From Paramoeba atlantica (Eukaryota > Protista > Discosea), in assembly GCA_977017575.1 (NCBI GenBank), contig CDRNVI010000194.1, positions 1 to 64,000 on the forward strand: 64,000 nt of DNA, read 5' to 3'. The notes beneath the pieces were generated by a model. It saw nothing but the letters and a program-made list of their open reading frames with translations. It did not search any database and had not been told where the DNA came from. Numbering within the stretch: position 1 is the first letter of the stretch; the number at the start of each line of letters is the position of its first letter. Positions 12,801 through 24,842 of this stretch are shown piece by piece. The translations under genes were made by a program, and so were the position numbers.

Positions 12801-14640
12801 TAGAGACCATATTTGCTGGTAAAGGCAGCCTTTTCAATGTCTCCTTCTCTGATTGGGATCAACCAGAAAACCTCAAACAGGTCAATAGAGGAAAAATAAG
12901 AAGAACTACCAAGTGCAGCTAAGATTTCATCCATATGGAGTAGTGGATAAGAGTCCTTCTTTGTTTTTTCATTTAGGTGACAGAAATCCACACAAAACTG
13001 AACATTTCCATTCTTCTTGTCCACCAAGAGAATTGGAGCAGCCCAAGGAGAGTTAGATTTTCTAATCACTTTCCTTTTCACCATCTTGTCAATATGTTTC
13101 CATATGATGCAGTCTTCAACAGGTGTGGTTCTACAGGGTTTTGCTCTCAAGGGTGAACCCTCTGCCTCAATTGGATGACTCGTTGCTGTGGTTCTAGTAA
13201 TTGGACCTTCTCACTTCTCATCATCCCACAAGTCTTGGAAAGAAACCAACATCTCCACTAATTGTATTTTCTGCCTATCATTCAATTCAGCATTATTCAA
13301 ACCAAATTTCTCATATGCTTCTTTGAATTTACCAGGCAGATCTTTTTTATGTGCAGTAGACTTGTTTTGGGTGGTGATGTGAGTAAGCAATTGTATCACA
13401 GATGAGTCACAATCGAGGTCAGGGTTGGGGTTTCTGGTGGATCGATCAGATTTGCCATTCTGATGATCATACAACTTCTGTCTCTTTCATTTAGGTTTTT
13501 GAAATAAATCCTCATCCTCAATCATTTTCTCAAGCCATGGTCCAGCAAATGCACAGAAATAATTGGCACCATTCTTTGCATTAACTGATTTTGTGCAAGG
13601 TGGTTGTTTCTTGGGTACAGATTTTTGAAGACAAGATTCAATCAAAAAGTGTTTCAAGAGTTGAAGAAGCTTAGTGTTTTCGACATTATGGTCATTAAGC
13701 TGATAAACTGTTCCAACTTTGAGATTTTTCTTCACTTGGACCTCAGTCTCAGAATGATTCATCACAAGAACATTCAGTGTGTTGTGTTTTTTACCTTGCT
13801 CGATTGTAATCAAGCCAGGAAGGAATAACAAACTCTCTGATCCAATTGATGGAAAGAAGAATCCTTCAAGTGACAATGCATGGCTGTTCAGTGTTAGTGG
13901 AAGAAACACTGATGATCTCAGAGGGATTGCCTTTGTCTCAGCCAAGAGTACCAAGGTCTTATCTCGCCTCTCTACATTGATGTAGAAATCTGAATCTATG
14001 ACTTGAGGAAGGGTGATGTTGAGCTGTGCCGAATTTGCCTGGATGCATCTCCAACCTTTCCATGTTAAATGACCATCACTGAGACCTAGGCGACATCGTT
14101 TCATGGCACTGAAGCCAATCAATGTTTGAATAGGAAGGTCATCAATAATGAAGAACTAGAGTCCTTGGGAAAACCTCTTTCCAACTTGACCACAGTATGA
14201 ATCTCTTCATTAATCACAACTTTGGTTGAGTTTCCCACTTTGACTTGAAGCTTGTCAGCTTGCCATCAGTTCAGGATCTCAAATCCAGGATGTGAAAGTT
14301 GCTGATGACTGATCACATTGATACCAGATCCCATATCTATACAAGTAGTAATTGCTAATCCACCTGCCTGAGACACAACTTCAAATGCACAACCAATATC
14401 CTGGCTTTTTGCATTGATTACTAAATTCAGAAGAACATTAATCACATGATCTGAAGAAAGGTTGGTATGGGATGATGGATCAGCCTGAACATGAACATCA
14501 AAGTGTTTCAGAGGTTCTTGAACATGAGTGTTGGATTGACTCAGAGGTTCTTTGAATTCAGTTGAGCAACTAGATGAAATTGAAGAATACAATACAATGG
14601 GCTCAGAGCAGTAGAAAAACCTAATGAGAAAACTGGTGCT
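9850..14640 (-). pseudogene. A1 pol: protease-RT-RNase H-integrase-chromodomain, many in-frame stops
   Basis: Motifs IDMGSG (protease), YIDDIL (RT), VNASKLGLGAILTQ (RNase H), HSDLISGH..CLNC, LHLDC, TDNGSKF (integrase), FKVKEILKHKY (chromodomain). Confidence 0.93.
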
Positions 14641-15031
14641 CAAAGTTCAAAAAAAAAGAAAAGTCGCTTGCTCAAAAAACCAATTGGTGGAAAAATAGCC
14701 AACTCAAAAAGAAGATAAATGATCAAAAGTAGAAGATCGGTTGTTGTGAGGAAACTTAGCCTTCAGGAAAAAACCTCACCAGAATGTTTGTTTGTGAAAA
14801 CAAGACACTGTTGTTGTTTCAATTCAAAGAACAAATGTTCAATCTCAGTATTGAAAGTGAGCATGAGTTCCGAAAATCAAAACTGGTATCACCAATGAAC
14901 ACATCTACTTTGGTACAGACTAAAGAAGGTATGTCAGAAATATGTTGAATGGACAACTGAAGAGTGGTCCTCAGAGGTCTCACGAAAAAGCAAGAAACTT
15001 TCTGATGACATCATCAATGGTGTTTTTTATT

Positions 15032-18000
15032 GAGTGTTTCTAAAAAACCTGAAAAAACCAACTTTTTTGTGTTTTTTTTTTTTTTTACAAAACTTTGGGC
15101 CCAGAGTTTTGGGTGAGGGTGAAACCTAGAGTTTTTTCATTTTGAAAAAAAATTCAAAATTTTGAAAATGAGATTGAAATGGAAAATTGAAAGTTTATTT
15201 TAAACAAAAAAAAGAGAAAAATGGAAATAAAAAGGTTGTTGAAATGAGGGTTTCTAAAAAACCCAAAAAAACCAACTTTTTTATATTTTTTTTTTTTTCA
15301 CAAAACTTTGGGCCAGAGTTTTGGGTGAGGGTGAAACTCAGAGTTTTTTCATTTTGAAAAAAAATACAAAATTTTGAAAATGAGATTGAAATAGAAAATG
15401 AAAGTTTATTTCAAACAAAAAAAAGAGAAAAATGGAAATAAAAAGGTTGCTGAAATTGAACTGGAGGGAGGTTTATGGTGGAATAATCTTTTATGTTATC
15501 AACTCCACAAATATCTTCCTTCTAAGAATGGTGCATATTTTAAATAAAATTTTTGAGTGGAATCTCAAAGGCAAATAATAGCAAAAAGCTAATAAAAAAA
15601 TTCCACACTTAGTTGCATTTTGCTTTTCATTCATAAGATGGAAAGAAAAACAATCAAAAAAATGTAAAAACCTCTTGGCTGGGACATATTACCTCTTGAT
15701 TGGGACATATTACCTCTTCGCTGGGACATATTACCTCAACACAGGTTGTCTTCTCCAGTTTCTTCCATTTTGAGAACATCTTTTTGATTTTCTAAAAAGG
15801 TATTTCAGTTTGAAAAGAAAGAAAAAAAGAGAAAGGGAGAAAGAGGGAGAAATTGAAAAAAAAAAGAAACCTCAAAAGCAGAAACTTCACAACCCCCAAA
15901 AGAGTTATAAAATAACAATTCATTCAACTAAAAACAAAAAAAAAACAAACCAACCAGGAAAAAAAAAAAAACAAGAAAACCAAGAAGGGGAACATAAACA
16001 CAAACAGAAAAAGCAAAAAAAAAAATGAGGCTCTATCACACAAAAATATTATGATTTTTTTCTTGCTGTCTTTCTTTGAAAAGAAAAAAATGAAAAGACT
16101 TGGTACCTTACTTTGGTGAGGAGTATGTTCTTTTTCGTTTTTTTCTGTTCAGTTCTGTTCTTTCAGTTTTTCTTTTGTTTTTTGTTTGTTTGTTCTTTTG
16201 TTTGATTGTTTTTTTTTGGTTTCTCTTTTGTTTTGTTTTTGTTTGTGTGTTTGCTTTTGTTTGTTTGTTCTTTTGTTTGATTGTTTTTTTTTGTTTCTCT
16301 TTTGTTTTGTTTTTGTTTGTGTGTGTTTGCTTTTGTATTTTTTTGTTTTGTTTTTTGTTTTGTTTTTTCTTTCAGTTCCTTGATGTGTTTGTTTTGAAAG
16401 GATGATTGCCAGACAGTGAATTTGAGAGGATTGATTGAGATTTTTTTTGGATTGGTGCACACTTTTCAGACAACCACTGTTTCTTTTTCTTCAAGTGCAG
16501 GGATATGCAAACTATTGTTTTGTTAATTGTTTATTATCTGATGAATCATAGAATCCAACTTTCTCCTCTTCATCCCCTTCCAAACAAGATTCTATCACCT
16601 TTTTCCATTTATTCTGCAGAAGAAAATGATGGGTATGAAGATTTCTTAAGTGGCATTCATCAATTCAAAATATTGAATTTTCTTCTTCTTTATTTTTGTT
16701 TTTTTAGTCAAAATAAAAAATTTATTTTTTTTGAAATTTTTTGAATTTTTTGAAATTTTTTCATTTCAAAACGAAAAAACTCTCGGTTTCACCCTCACCC
16801 AAAACTCTGGCCCAGAATTTTTCAAAAAAAAAAAAAAAAAGGAAAATTCCTCTCTTTTAGAAACCTTCAATTGAACTGGAGGGAGGTTTATGGTGGAATA
16901 ATCTTTTGTGTTATCAACTCCACAAATATCTTCCTTCTAAGAATGGTGCATGTTTTAAACAAAATTTTTGAGTGGAATCTCAAAGGCAAACAATAGCAAA
17001 AAGCTAATAAAAAAATTTTACACTTAGTTGCATTTTGCTTTTCATTCATAAGATGGAAAGAAAAACAATCAAAGAAATGTAAAAACCTCTTGGCTGGAAC
17101 ATATTACCTCTTGATTGGGACATATTACCTCTTGGCTGAGACATATTACCTCAACATAAGTTGCTTTCTCCAGTTTCTTCCATTTTGAAAACATTTTTTT
17201 GATTTTCTAAAAAGGTGTTTCAGTTTGAAAAGAAAGGAAAAAAGAGAAAGAGAGAGAGAAGGGAGAAATTGAAAAAAAAAAGAAACCTCAAAAGCAGAAA
17301 CTTCACAACCCCCAAGAGAGTCATAAAATAACAATTCATTCAACTAAAAACAAAAAAAAAACAAACCAACCAGGAAAAAAAAAAAGAACAAAAAAACCAA
17401 GAAGGGGAATGTAAATGTGAACAGAAAAAGCAAAAAAAAAAACAAGGCTCTATCACACAAAAATATTATAATTTTTTTCTTGCTGTCTTTTTTTGAAAAG
17501 AAAAAAATGAAAAGACTTGATACCTTACTTAGGGGAGGAGTGCATTTTTTTTTATTTTTTCTGTTTAGTTCTGTTCTTTCAGTTTTTCTTTTGTTTTTGT
17601 TTGTTTGTTCTTTTGTTTGATTGTTTTTTTTTGGTTTCTCTTTTGTTTTGTTTTTGTTTATGTGTTTGCTTTTGTTTGTTTGTTCTTTTGTTTGATTGTT
17701 TTTTTTTTGTTTCTCTTTTGTTTTGTTTTTGTTTGTGTGTGTTTGCTTTTGTGTTTTTTTGTTTTGTTTTTTGTTTTATTTTTTCTTTCAATTCCTTGAT
17801 GTGTTTGTTTTGAAAGGATGATTGCTAGACAGTGAATTTGAGAGGATTGATTGAGATTTTTTTTGGGTTGGTACACACTTTTCAGGCAACCACTGTTTCT
17901 TTTTCTTCAAGTGCAAGGATGCAAACTATTGTTCTGTTAATTGTTTATTATCTGATGAACCATAGAACCAACTTTCTCCTCTTCATCTCCTTCTAAACAA

Positions 18001-18280
18001 GATTCTATCACCTTTTCCCATTTGTTCTGCAGAAAAAAATGATAGGTATGAAGATCTCTTAAGTGGCATTCATCAATTCAAAATATTGAATTTTCTTCCT
18101 CTTTATTTTTGTTTTTTTAATCAAAATAAAAAATTTATTTTTTTTGAAATTTTTTGAATTTTTTGAATTTTTTCATTTTGAAATGAAAAAACTCTGAGTT
18201 TCACCCTCACCCAAAACTCTGGGCCCAGAATTTTTCAAAAAAAAAAAAAACAGGAAAATTCCTCCCTTTTAGAAACCTTC
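15032..18280. mobile_element. Non-autonomous long-TIR DNA element inserted in the A1 5' LTR, with an internal tandem duplication (body about 15456-16870 and 16871-18280)
   Basis: Ends gagtgtttctaaaa... and ...ttttagaaaccttc share the inverted block gggcccagagttttgggtgagggtgaaac. The interrupted LTR rejoins with a 3-bp ATT overlap. Confidence 0.85.
15671..15737. repeat. 21-bp tandem repeat x3 (cctcttggctgggacatatta), repeated again near 17085-17155
   Basis: Direct reading; on the minus strand it encodes GNMSQRR-GNMSQSR-GNMSQPR. Confidence 0.9.
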
Positions 18281-18659
18281 ATTTAGATTCACAGAAGGTT
18301 GACTTGGAGGAGACCAAGGGTTGACTTGAAGGAGATTGGGAATTGACCTGAAGAAAATCAAGAGTTAGATCAAACGAATAGAGCAGAGAGCCAAGTGTCT
18401 TCAGAGTAGCGCACATTGCTCATGTGCACTTTGAGCACCAGTTTTCCCATTGGTTTTTCACAAAACTGCTGTTTTTGTGTTCCTTTTTATTCTTGTCATG
18501 ATCACATCTCAACTGTCTTTTCACTGCCCTCACATTCTCTCTCTTGAGCAAATGTTCACCTTGTTTGTTTCCTTGAATAAATCTACATTTTCAATTTGAT
18601 CTTTGGTTTGGCTTTGCTTTTGTTTTGTCTGTTTCTCCTGAGATCCAGTTGATCTGACA

Positions 18660-19260
18660 TATGTGATTGTAGAGGATCTTAAGAATGGAAGTTACCAGAT
18701 TCAAGAACTCAAACAAGAGAAGAATTCAGAAATCCAAAATGTTCAGAACTTAAAGAAACTCCATGTTCAGTACGAGATTACTTTACATCCTGAATCAAAT
18801 GAAATATCTATTGTTAATTCAGAGCCAGCACCTGAAGAGATTGTTGAAAATGATAATGGTTATGATTTTGAAGTGAAGGAAATCCTTAAGCATAAGTATT
18901 CAAATGGAAAACTTTATTATTGAGTGCATTTCAAACACTACTGAAAGGCTGATGCTGAATGGATCTATGTTTCACAAATTGATGCTTCAGAACAAATCAA
19001 AAGGTATCATCAGAAACACCCTTTGAATCCACCTCCTTCTAAATCATCTTCCTCTAAGTCATCATCTTCCAAATCACTGACTTTCAAGTCACCCAAGAAG
19101 TCTTCTTCCTCTTTCTCTAAGTCATTGAAAACCTCCAAACCATCAACCTCTAAATTGATCAAGAAGTCTTCTTCCTCTTCCAAGTCCTCAAGCTCTTCAA
19201 GCTCTTCAAGCTCTTCTTTGAGCACCTCTGTTTCTCCTAAACAAAGGACTTCTCAGGCAC
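18660..19260 (+). mobile_element. Family A remnant A0: integrase C-terminus, chromodomain and Ser/Lys tail, no LTR
   Basis: Near-identical to 24040-24640 (IVEDLKNGSYQIQELK...FEVKEILKHKYSNGKLYY*...PPPSKSSSSK). Confidence 0.9.
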
Positions 19261-19849
19261 ACACAGGGGTGAGCTCAAGCAGCACTTGCAATCGTGGCAT
19301 TTTTTGGGGTTGAAGTGTGCACATGAGCAATGTGCGCTACTCTGAAGACACTTGGCTCTCTGCTCTATTCGTTTGATCCGACTCTTGATCTTCTCCAAGT
19401 CAATTTCCAATCTCCTTCAAGTCAACCCTTGGTCTCCTCCAAGTCGACCTTCTGTGAATCTAAATAAAGAACACCATTGATGATGTCATCAGGAAGTTTC
19501 TCACTTTTTTGTGAGACTTCTGAGGACCGCTCTTCAGTTGTCCATTCAACATATTTCTGACACACCTCCTTTAGTCTGTACCAAAGTAGATGTGTTCATT
19601 GGTGATGCCGGTTTTGATTTTTGGAACTCACGCTCACTTTCGATATCGAGATTGAACATTTGTTCTTTGAATTGAAACAACAACAGTGCCTTGTTTTCGT
19701 GAACAAACATTCTGGTGAGGTTTTCTCCTAGAGGCCAGGTTTCCTCACAACAACTGATCTTCTACTTTCGATCGTTTATCTTCTTTTTGAGTCAGCTATT
19801 TTTCCACCAATTGGTTTTTTGAGCAAGTAACTTTTCTTTTTTTTTAACT

Positions 19850-22800
19850 TTGAGCACCAGTTTTCCCATTGGGTTTTTTTACTGCTCTGAGCCCATTGTA
19901 TTGTATTCTTTGATTTCATCTAGTTGCTCAACTGAATTCAAAGAACCTCTGAGTCAGTCCAACACTCATGTTCAAGAACCTCTGAAACACTCTGATGTTC
20001 ATGTTCAGGCTGATCCATCATCCCATACCAACCTTCCTTCAGATCATGTGATCAATGTTCTTCCAAATTTAGTAATCAATGTGGAAAGCTGGGATATTAG
20101 TTGTGCATTTGAAGTTGTGTCTCAGGCGGGTGGATTAGCAACTACTGCTTGTATAGACATGAGATTTGGTATCAATGCGATCAGTCATCAGCAACTTTCA
20201 TGTCCTGGATTTGAGATCCTGAACTGATGGCAAGCTGACAAGCTTCAAGTCAAAGTGGGAAACTCAACCGAAGTTGCGATTAATGAAGAGATTCACACCG
20301 TGGTCAAGTCGGAAAGAGGTTTTCCCAAGGACTCTGGTTCTTCATTATTGATGACCTTCCTGTTCAAACATTGATTGGCTTCAGTGCCATGAAACGATGT
20401 CGCCTAGGTCTCAGTGATGGTCATTTAACGTGGAAAGGTCGGAGATGCATCCAGGCAAATTCAGCACAGCTCAACATCACCCTTCCTCAGATCACAGATC
20501 CAGATTTCTATGTCGACATAGAGAGGCGAGATAAGACCTTAGTACTCTTGGCTGAGACAAAGGCAATCCCTCTGAGATCATCAGTGTTCCTTCCACTAAC
20601 ACTGAACAGCCATGCATTGTCACCTGAAGGATTCTTCTTTCCATCAATTGGATCAGAGAGTTTGTTATTCCTTCCTGGCTTGATTACAATCGAGCAAGGT
20701 AAAAAACACAACACACTGAATGTTCTTGTGATGAATCATTCTGAGACTGAGGTCCAAGTGAAGAAAAATCTCGAAGTTGGAACAGTTTATCAGCTTAATG
20801 ACCATGATATCAAAAACACTGAGCTTCTTCAACTCTCAAAACACTCTTTGATTGAACCCTGTCTTTGAAAATCTGTACTCAAGAAACAACCACCTCATAC
20901 AAAATCAGTTAATGCAAAGACTGGTGCCAATTATCTCTGTGCACTTGCTAGACCATGGCTTGAGAAAATGATTGAGGATGAGGATTTATTTCAAAAACCT
21001 AAACAGAAGAGACGGAAGTTGCACAATCATCAGAATGGCAAATCTGATCGATCCACCAGACACCCTGACCCTGACCTTGATTGTGACTCATCTGTGATAC
21101 AATTGCTTACTCACATCACCACCCAAAACAAGTCTGCTGCACATAAAAAAGATCTGCCTAATAAATTCAAAGAAGCATATGAGAAATTTGGTTTGGATAA
21201 TGCTGAATTGAATGACAGGCAGAAAATACAATTAGCAGAGATGTTGGTTTCTTTCCAAGACTTGTGGGATGATGAGAAGTGAGAAGGTCCAATTACTAGG
21301 ACCATGGCAATGAGTCATCCAATCAAGGCAGAGGGTCCACTCTTAAGAGCAAAACCCCGTAGAACCACACCTGTTGAAGACTACATCATATGGAAACATA
21401 TTGACAAGATGGTGAAAAGGAAAGTGATTAGAAAATCTAACTCTCCTTGGGCTGCTCCAATTCTCTTGGCAGACAAGAAGAATGGAAATGTTCAGTTTTG
21501 TGTGGATTTCCATCACCTAAATGAAAAAACAAAGAAGGACTCTTATCCACTACCCCATATGGATGAAATCTTAGCTGCACTTGGCAGTTCTTCTTATTTT
21601 TCCTCTATTGACCTGTTTGAGGCTTTCTGGTTGATCCCAATCAGAGAAGGAGACATTGAAAAGGCTGCCTTTACCAGCAAATATGGTCTCTGGGAATTTC
21701 TCTTGATGCCTTTTGGGTTATGTAACACTCCAGCAATACAACAATGGTTTATTGAAACAGTCTTGAGTGGTCTGGTTTGGCAATGTTGTTTTGCCTACAT
21801 CAATGATATCCTTTGTTACAGCTCAACGTTTGAACAACATCTGGCTGATCTGGCAAAAATTTTCCAAAGATTGAGGGATAATGATTTGATGCTCCAACCA
21901 GCAAAGTGCTTGTTTTGCAAGCTGAATTTTAAAATTCTTGGATTTATCACAACAAAGGATGGTTTGAAGCCAAATCCAAAAAAAGTTGAGGCAATCCAGA
22001 ATTACCCACTTCCAACTACTCCAAAGGAAGTTGAGAGATTTTTGGGAATGGTTACTTGGTTAAAACAGTTCATCCCTCGTTCATTCAGTTTAACAACACA
22101 CTTGAGAAAAGCCAAAGTGATGGATCCAAAGAAGTTTTCGCTATTCCAAGAATCCATCAAGGAGATACATCTCTTAAAGGAGCTCTTAACATCTGAAACC
22201 TGTATGGCCCATCCTGACTTCTCAAAAGAATTTTTTTATCCATGTTAACACCAGCAAGCTTGATCTTGGAGCAATTCTCACTCAGATGGATCAAGATGGC
22301 CACCACCAAGTTATTGAGTATGCTTCTCAAACACTCACAGAGACACAGCAGAAGTATACTAATCCTCTACAGGAGGGCCTTGGAATCCTGTGGACATTAA
22401 ACAACTTCAAGTATTACATCCGTGGTCGAAATCCTATTGTGTTTTGTGATTGCGAATCTCTCAAATCTGTGTTTAAAACGGGTAAACAGAAAGTACTGAA
22501 CCATGATATGCTGCGTGATTGGGTTGCTCAAATTCTAGAATATCACCCAAAGGTCATTCACAAACCTGGAAAGTTGATGGCAATCCCTGATGCTCTAAGC
22601 CACCAATATGTTGGATATCATGATAAGGCCACTTCAAAGGATTATGTGACTTGTTGGTTTGAAGAGTTGGTGGATTTGGAACAATCTTCTTCAGGAAAAA
22701 CCCATATCCTCTTGAGACAAAACGACATTTTGGAAAAAATTGAATTAATCAGTGAGCCAGAAATTCGTGACATTCCTCCTATTCAATCACTGCCTCTGCC

Positions 22801-24646
22801 ACTTTCCACAGCAAAAGAAAGTTCTGAGAATGTTGAAGTGGATATGGATGACATTGATCGGGTTTTAGTTGAACTTCCTTACCTTGCTCAGGCTCAAAGG
22901 AAAGATAAGTTTTGCTCAATGATTATTAATTACTTGATTAATGGCCTCTTGCCTAAGAGGAAGCACTATCTTTGGGCACTCCAACGAACTGCTCACAAGT
23001 ACTGGGTTGATGAATCCGGAATCTTGAGGAAAGTGGATGAAACTACAGCTGCTGGTTGTCTCCCACCTGCAATTCTGCCCCAGAGTTTGTGGAATATAGT
23101 ATTTGACACTTATCATTCAGATCTAATCTCTGGACACCACAAGTTCAAGTGACTTTATGATGCAATTGCTGTCTCCTATTATTTTCCTGGTATGAGTGCT
23201 GCGATCAAAGGTTACTATCACCACTGCTTTAATTGTGTGATCAACTTGAAAACAAAGACATTGACATCTGATTTAAACCCTTATATGGCTTCTTATCCTG
23301 GAATTTTACTCCACCTGGATTGTACAAAGGGACCAAAAGTCACTGTTCATGGGAATTCTTTTATTTTGGCTATCCTTGATAACTTTAGTGGCTATATACG
23401 TCTGTATGCAATTCCAGATCCCTCTGCCAAAGCCTCTGCTGAAGCCTTACTTCAGTATATTTGTGTTAATTCAATGCCTTTGCAGATAGTAACAGATAAT
23501 GGTTCAAAATTTGCAAATCAAATTTTTGCAGAACTGACCCAGCTTCTCGGAATGAAACAAACTTTTATTGCCCCCTACAACTCCAAAAGTAATGGCTGTG
23601 TTGAATGTTCCCACAAAGTTATAGAATCAATCATTTGCTCATTTGTTGATAAATATGCAAACAATTGGGACCTTCTCTTACTTCTTGTGGAATTTGCTTT
23701 CAATACTTCTTGTTCCTCCTCAACTGGTTACACACCTTTCTATCTTCACTTTGGGAGACATCCAATTATGCCAATCGATTCTCTCTTCAGCTCTGTGAAC
23801 AAACCAGTGGTACTGATTGATGACTACATCAAGAAGCTACAAACTGAGAGGGAGGGTGTAATTAATTGGGTCTGAGAGGAGAGAGAGAAAGTGGCTGTGA
23901 AACAAAAACAATGATATGACAAAGCAAATGAAGGAACATACACTGTGTTGAAGGTTGGTGATCAAGTGTTGAAGAGAAACAAATCAAAAGGAAAAGAGAT
24001 TGTGAAGAAGTACAGACCCTATTATTACCAAAAGATTTATGTGGTTGTGGAGGATCTTAAGAATGGAAGTTACTGGATTCAAGAACTCAAACGAGAGAAG
24101 AATTCAGAAATCCAAAATGTTCAGAACTTAAAGAAACTCCATGTTCGGTACGAGATTACTCTGCATCCTGAATCAAATGAAATATCTATTGTTAATTCAG
24201 AGCCAGCACTCAAAGAGATTGTTGAAGATGATGATGGTTATGATTTTGAAGTGAAGGAAATCCTTAAGCATAAGTATTTGAATGGAAAACTTTATTATCG
24301 AGTGCATTTCAAACACTACCGAAAGGCTGATGCTGAATGGATCCATGTTTCACAAATTGATGCTTCAGAACAAATCAAAAGATATCATCAGAAACACCCT
24401 CTGAATCCACCTCCTTCTAAATCATCTTCCTCTAAGTCATCATTCTCCAAATCATCAACTTCCAAGTCACCCAAGAAGTCTTCTTCCTCTTCCTCTTCCT
24501 CTAAGTCATCGAAAACCTCCAAACCATCAACCTCTAAATCAACCAAGAAGCCTTCTTCCTCTTCCAAGTCCTCAAGCTCTTCAAGCTCCTCAGGCTCTTC
24601 TTTGAGCACCTCCATTTCTCCTAAACGAAAGACTTCTCAGGCGGGG
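19850..24646 (+). pseudogene. A2 pol (PR-RT-RH-IN-chromodomain) with stops and one frameshift
   Basis: ORF-track pieces 20371-20868, 21304-22248 (RT YINDIL), 22286-23152, 23192-23875 and 23945-24694 are collinear with A3. Confidence 0.93.
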
Positions 24647-24842
24647 AGAACAAGAATTGCCATATTAAGACTGTTTTATTTGAAGATTTTATGAACTTGA
24701 TTCAGTGCCAATATTTATACTTAAATCCATCAATGTCACACTGAAGGTATCTTCCAAATAAAACAGCATGAAACCATTCAGTATCTTTTTCTTTCTCTTG
24801 TTTCTGAAAGTTGTAGAAGAGTTTGCTCACATTTTTCTCAGG

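Larger units (their letters stand above)
9563..18428 (-). mobile_element. Ty3/gypsy chromodomain retrotransposon family A, copy A1 (gag-deleted, decayed)
   Basis: 3' LTR 9563-9843 (281 bp), PPT 9844-9855, PBS tggtgataccag 14883-14894, 5' LTR 14896-15031 plus 18281-18428. Near-TSD CTTC/CTTT. Confidence 0.95.
9364..18659 (+). mobile_element. Probable copia 3' LTR (~425 bp: 9364-9562 plus 18433-18659), split by gypsy A1
   Basis: Starts TGTTA just after the PPT. The part beyond A1 has cttgAATAAA and ends TGACA. A1 is flanked by CTTC/CTTT. Confidence 0.6.

Noticed and set aside
15671-15737. CRISPR-like short repeats (also the ~90-bp units at 7010-7440)
   Set aside because: They are head-to-tail repeats without unique spacers, in a eukaryotic context with no cas genes.
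16540-16680. IDECH (DExH-like) motif on the minus strand of the TIR element
   Set aside because: It is isolated, preceded by a stop, has no other helicase motifs, and a different frame looks more protein-like.
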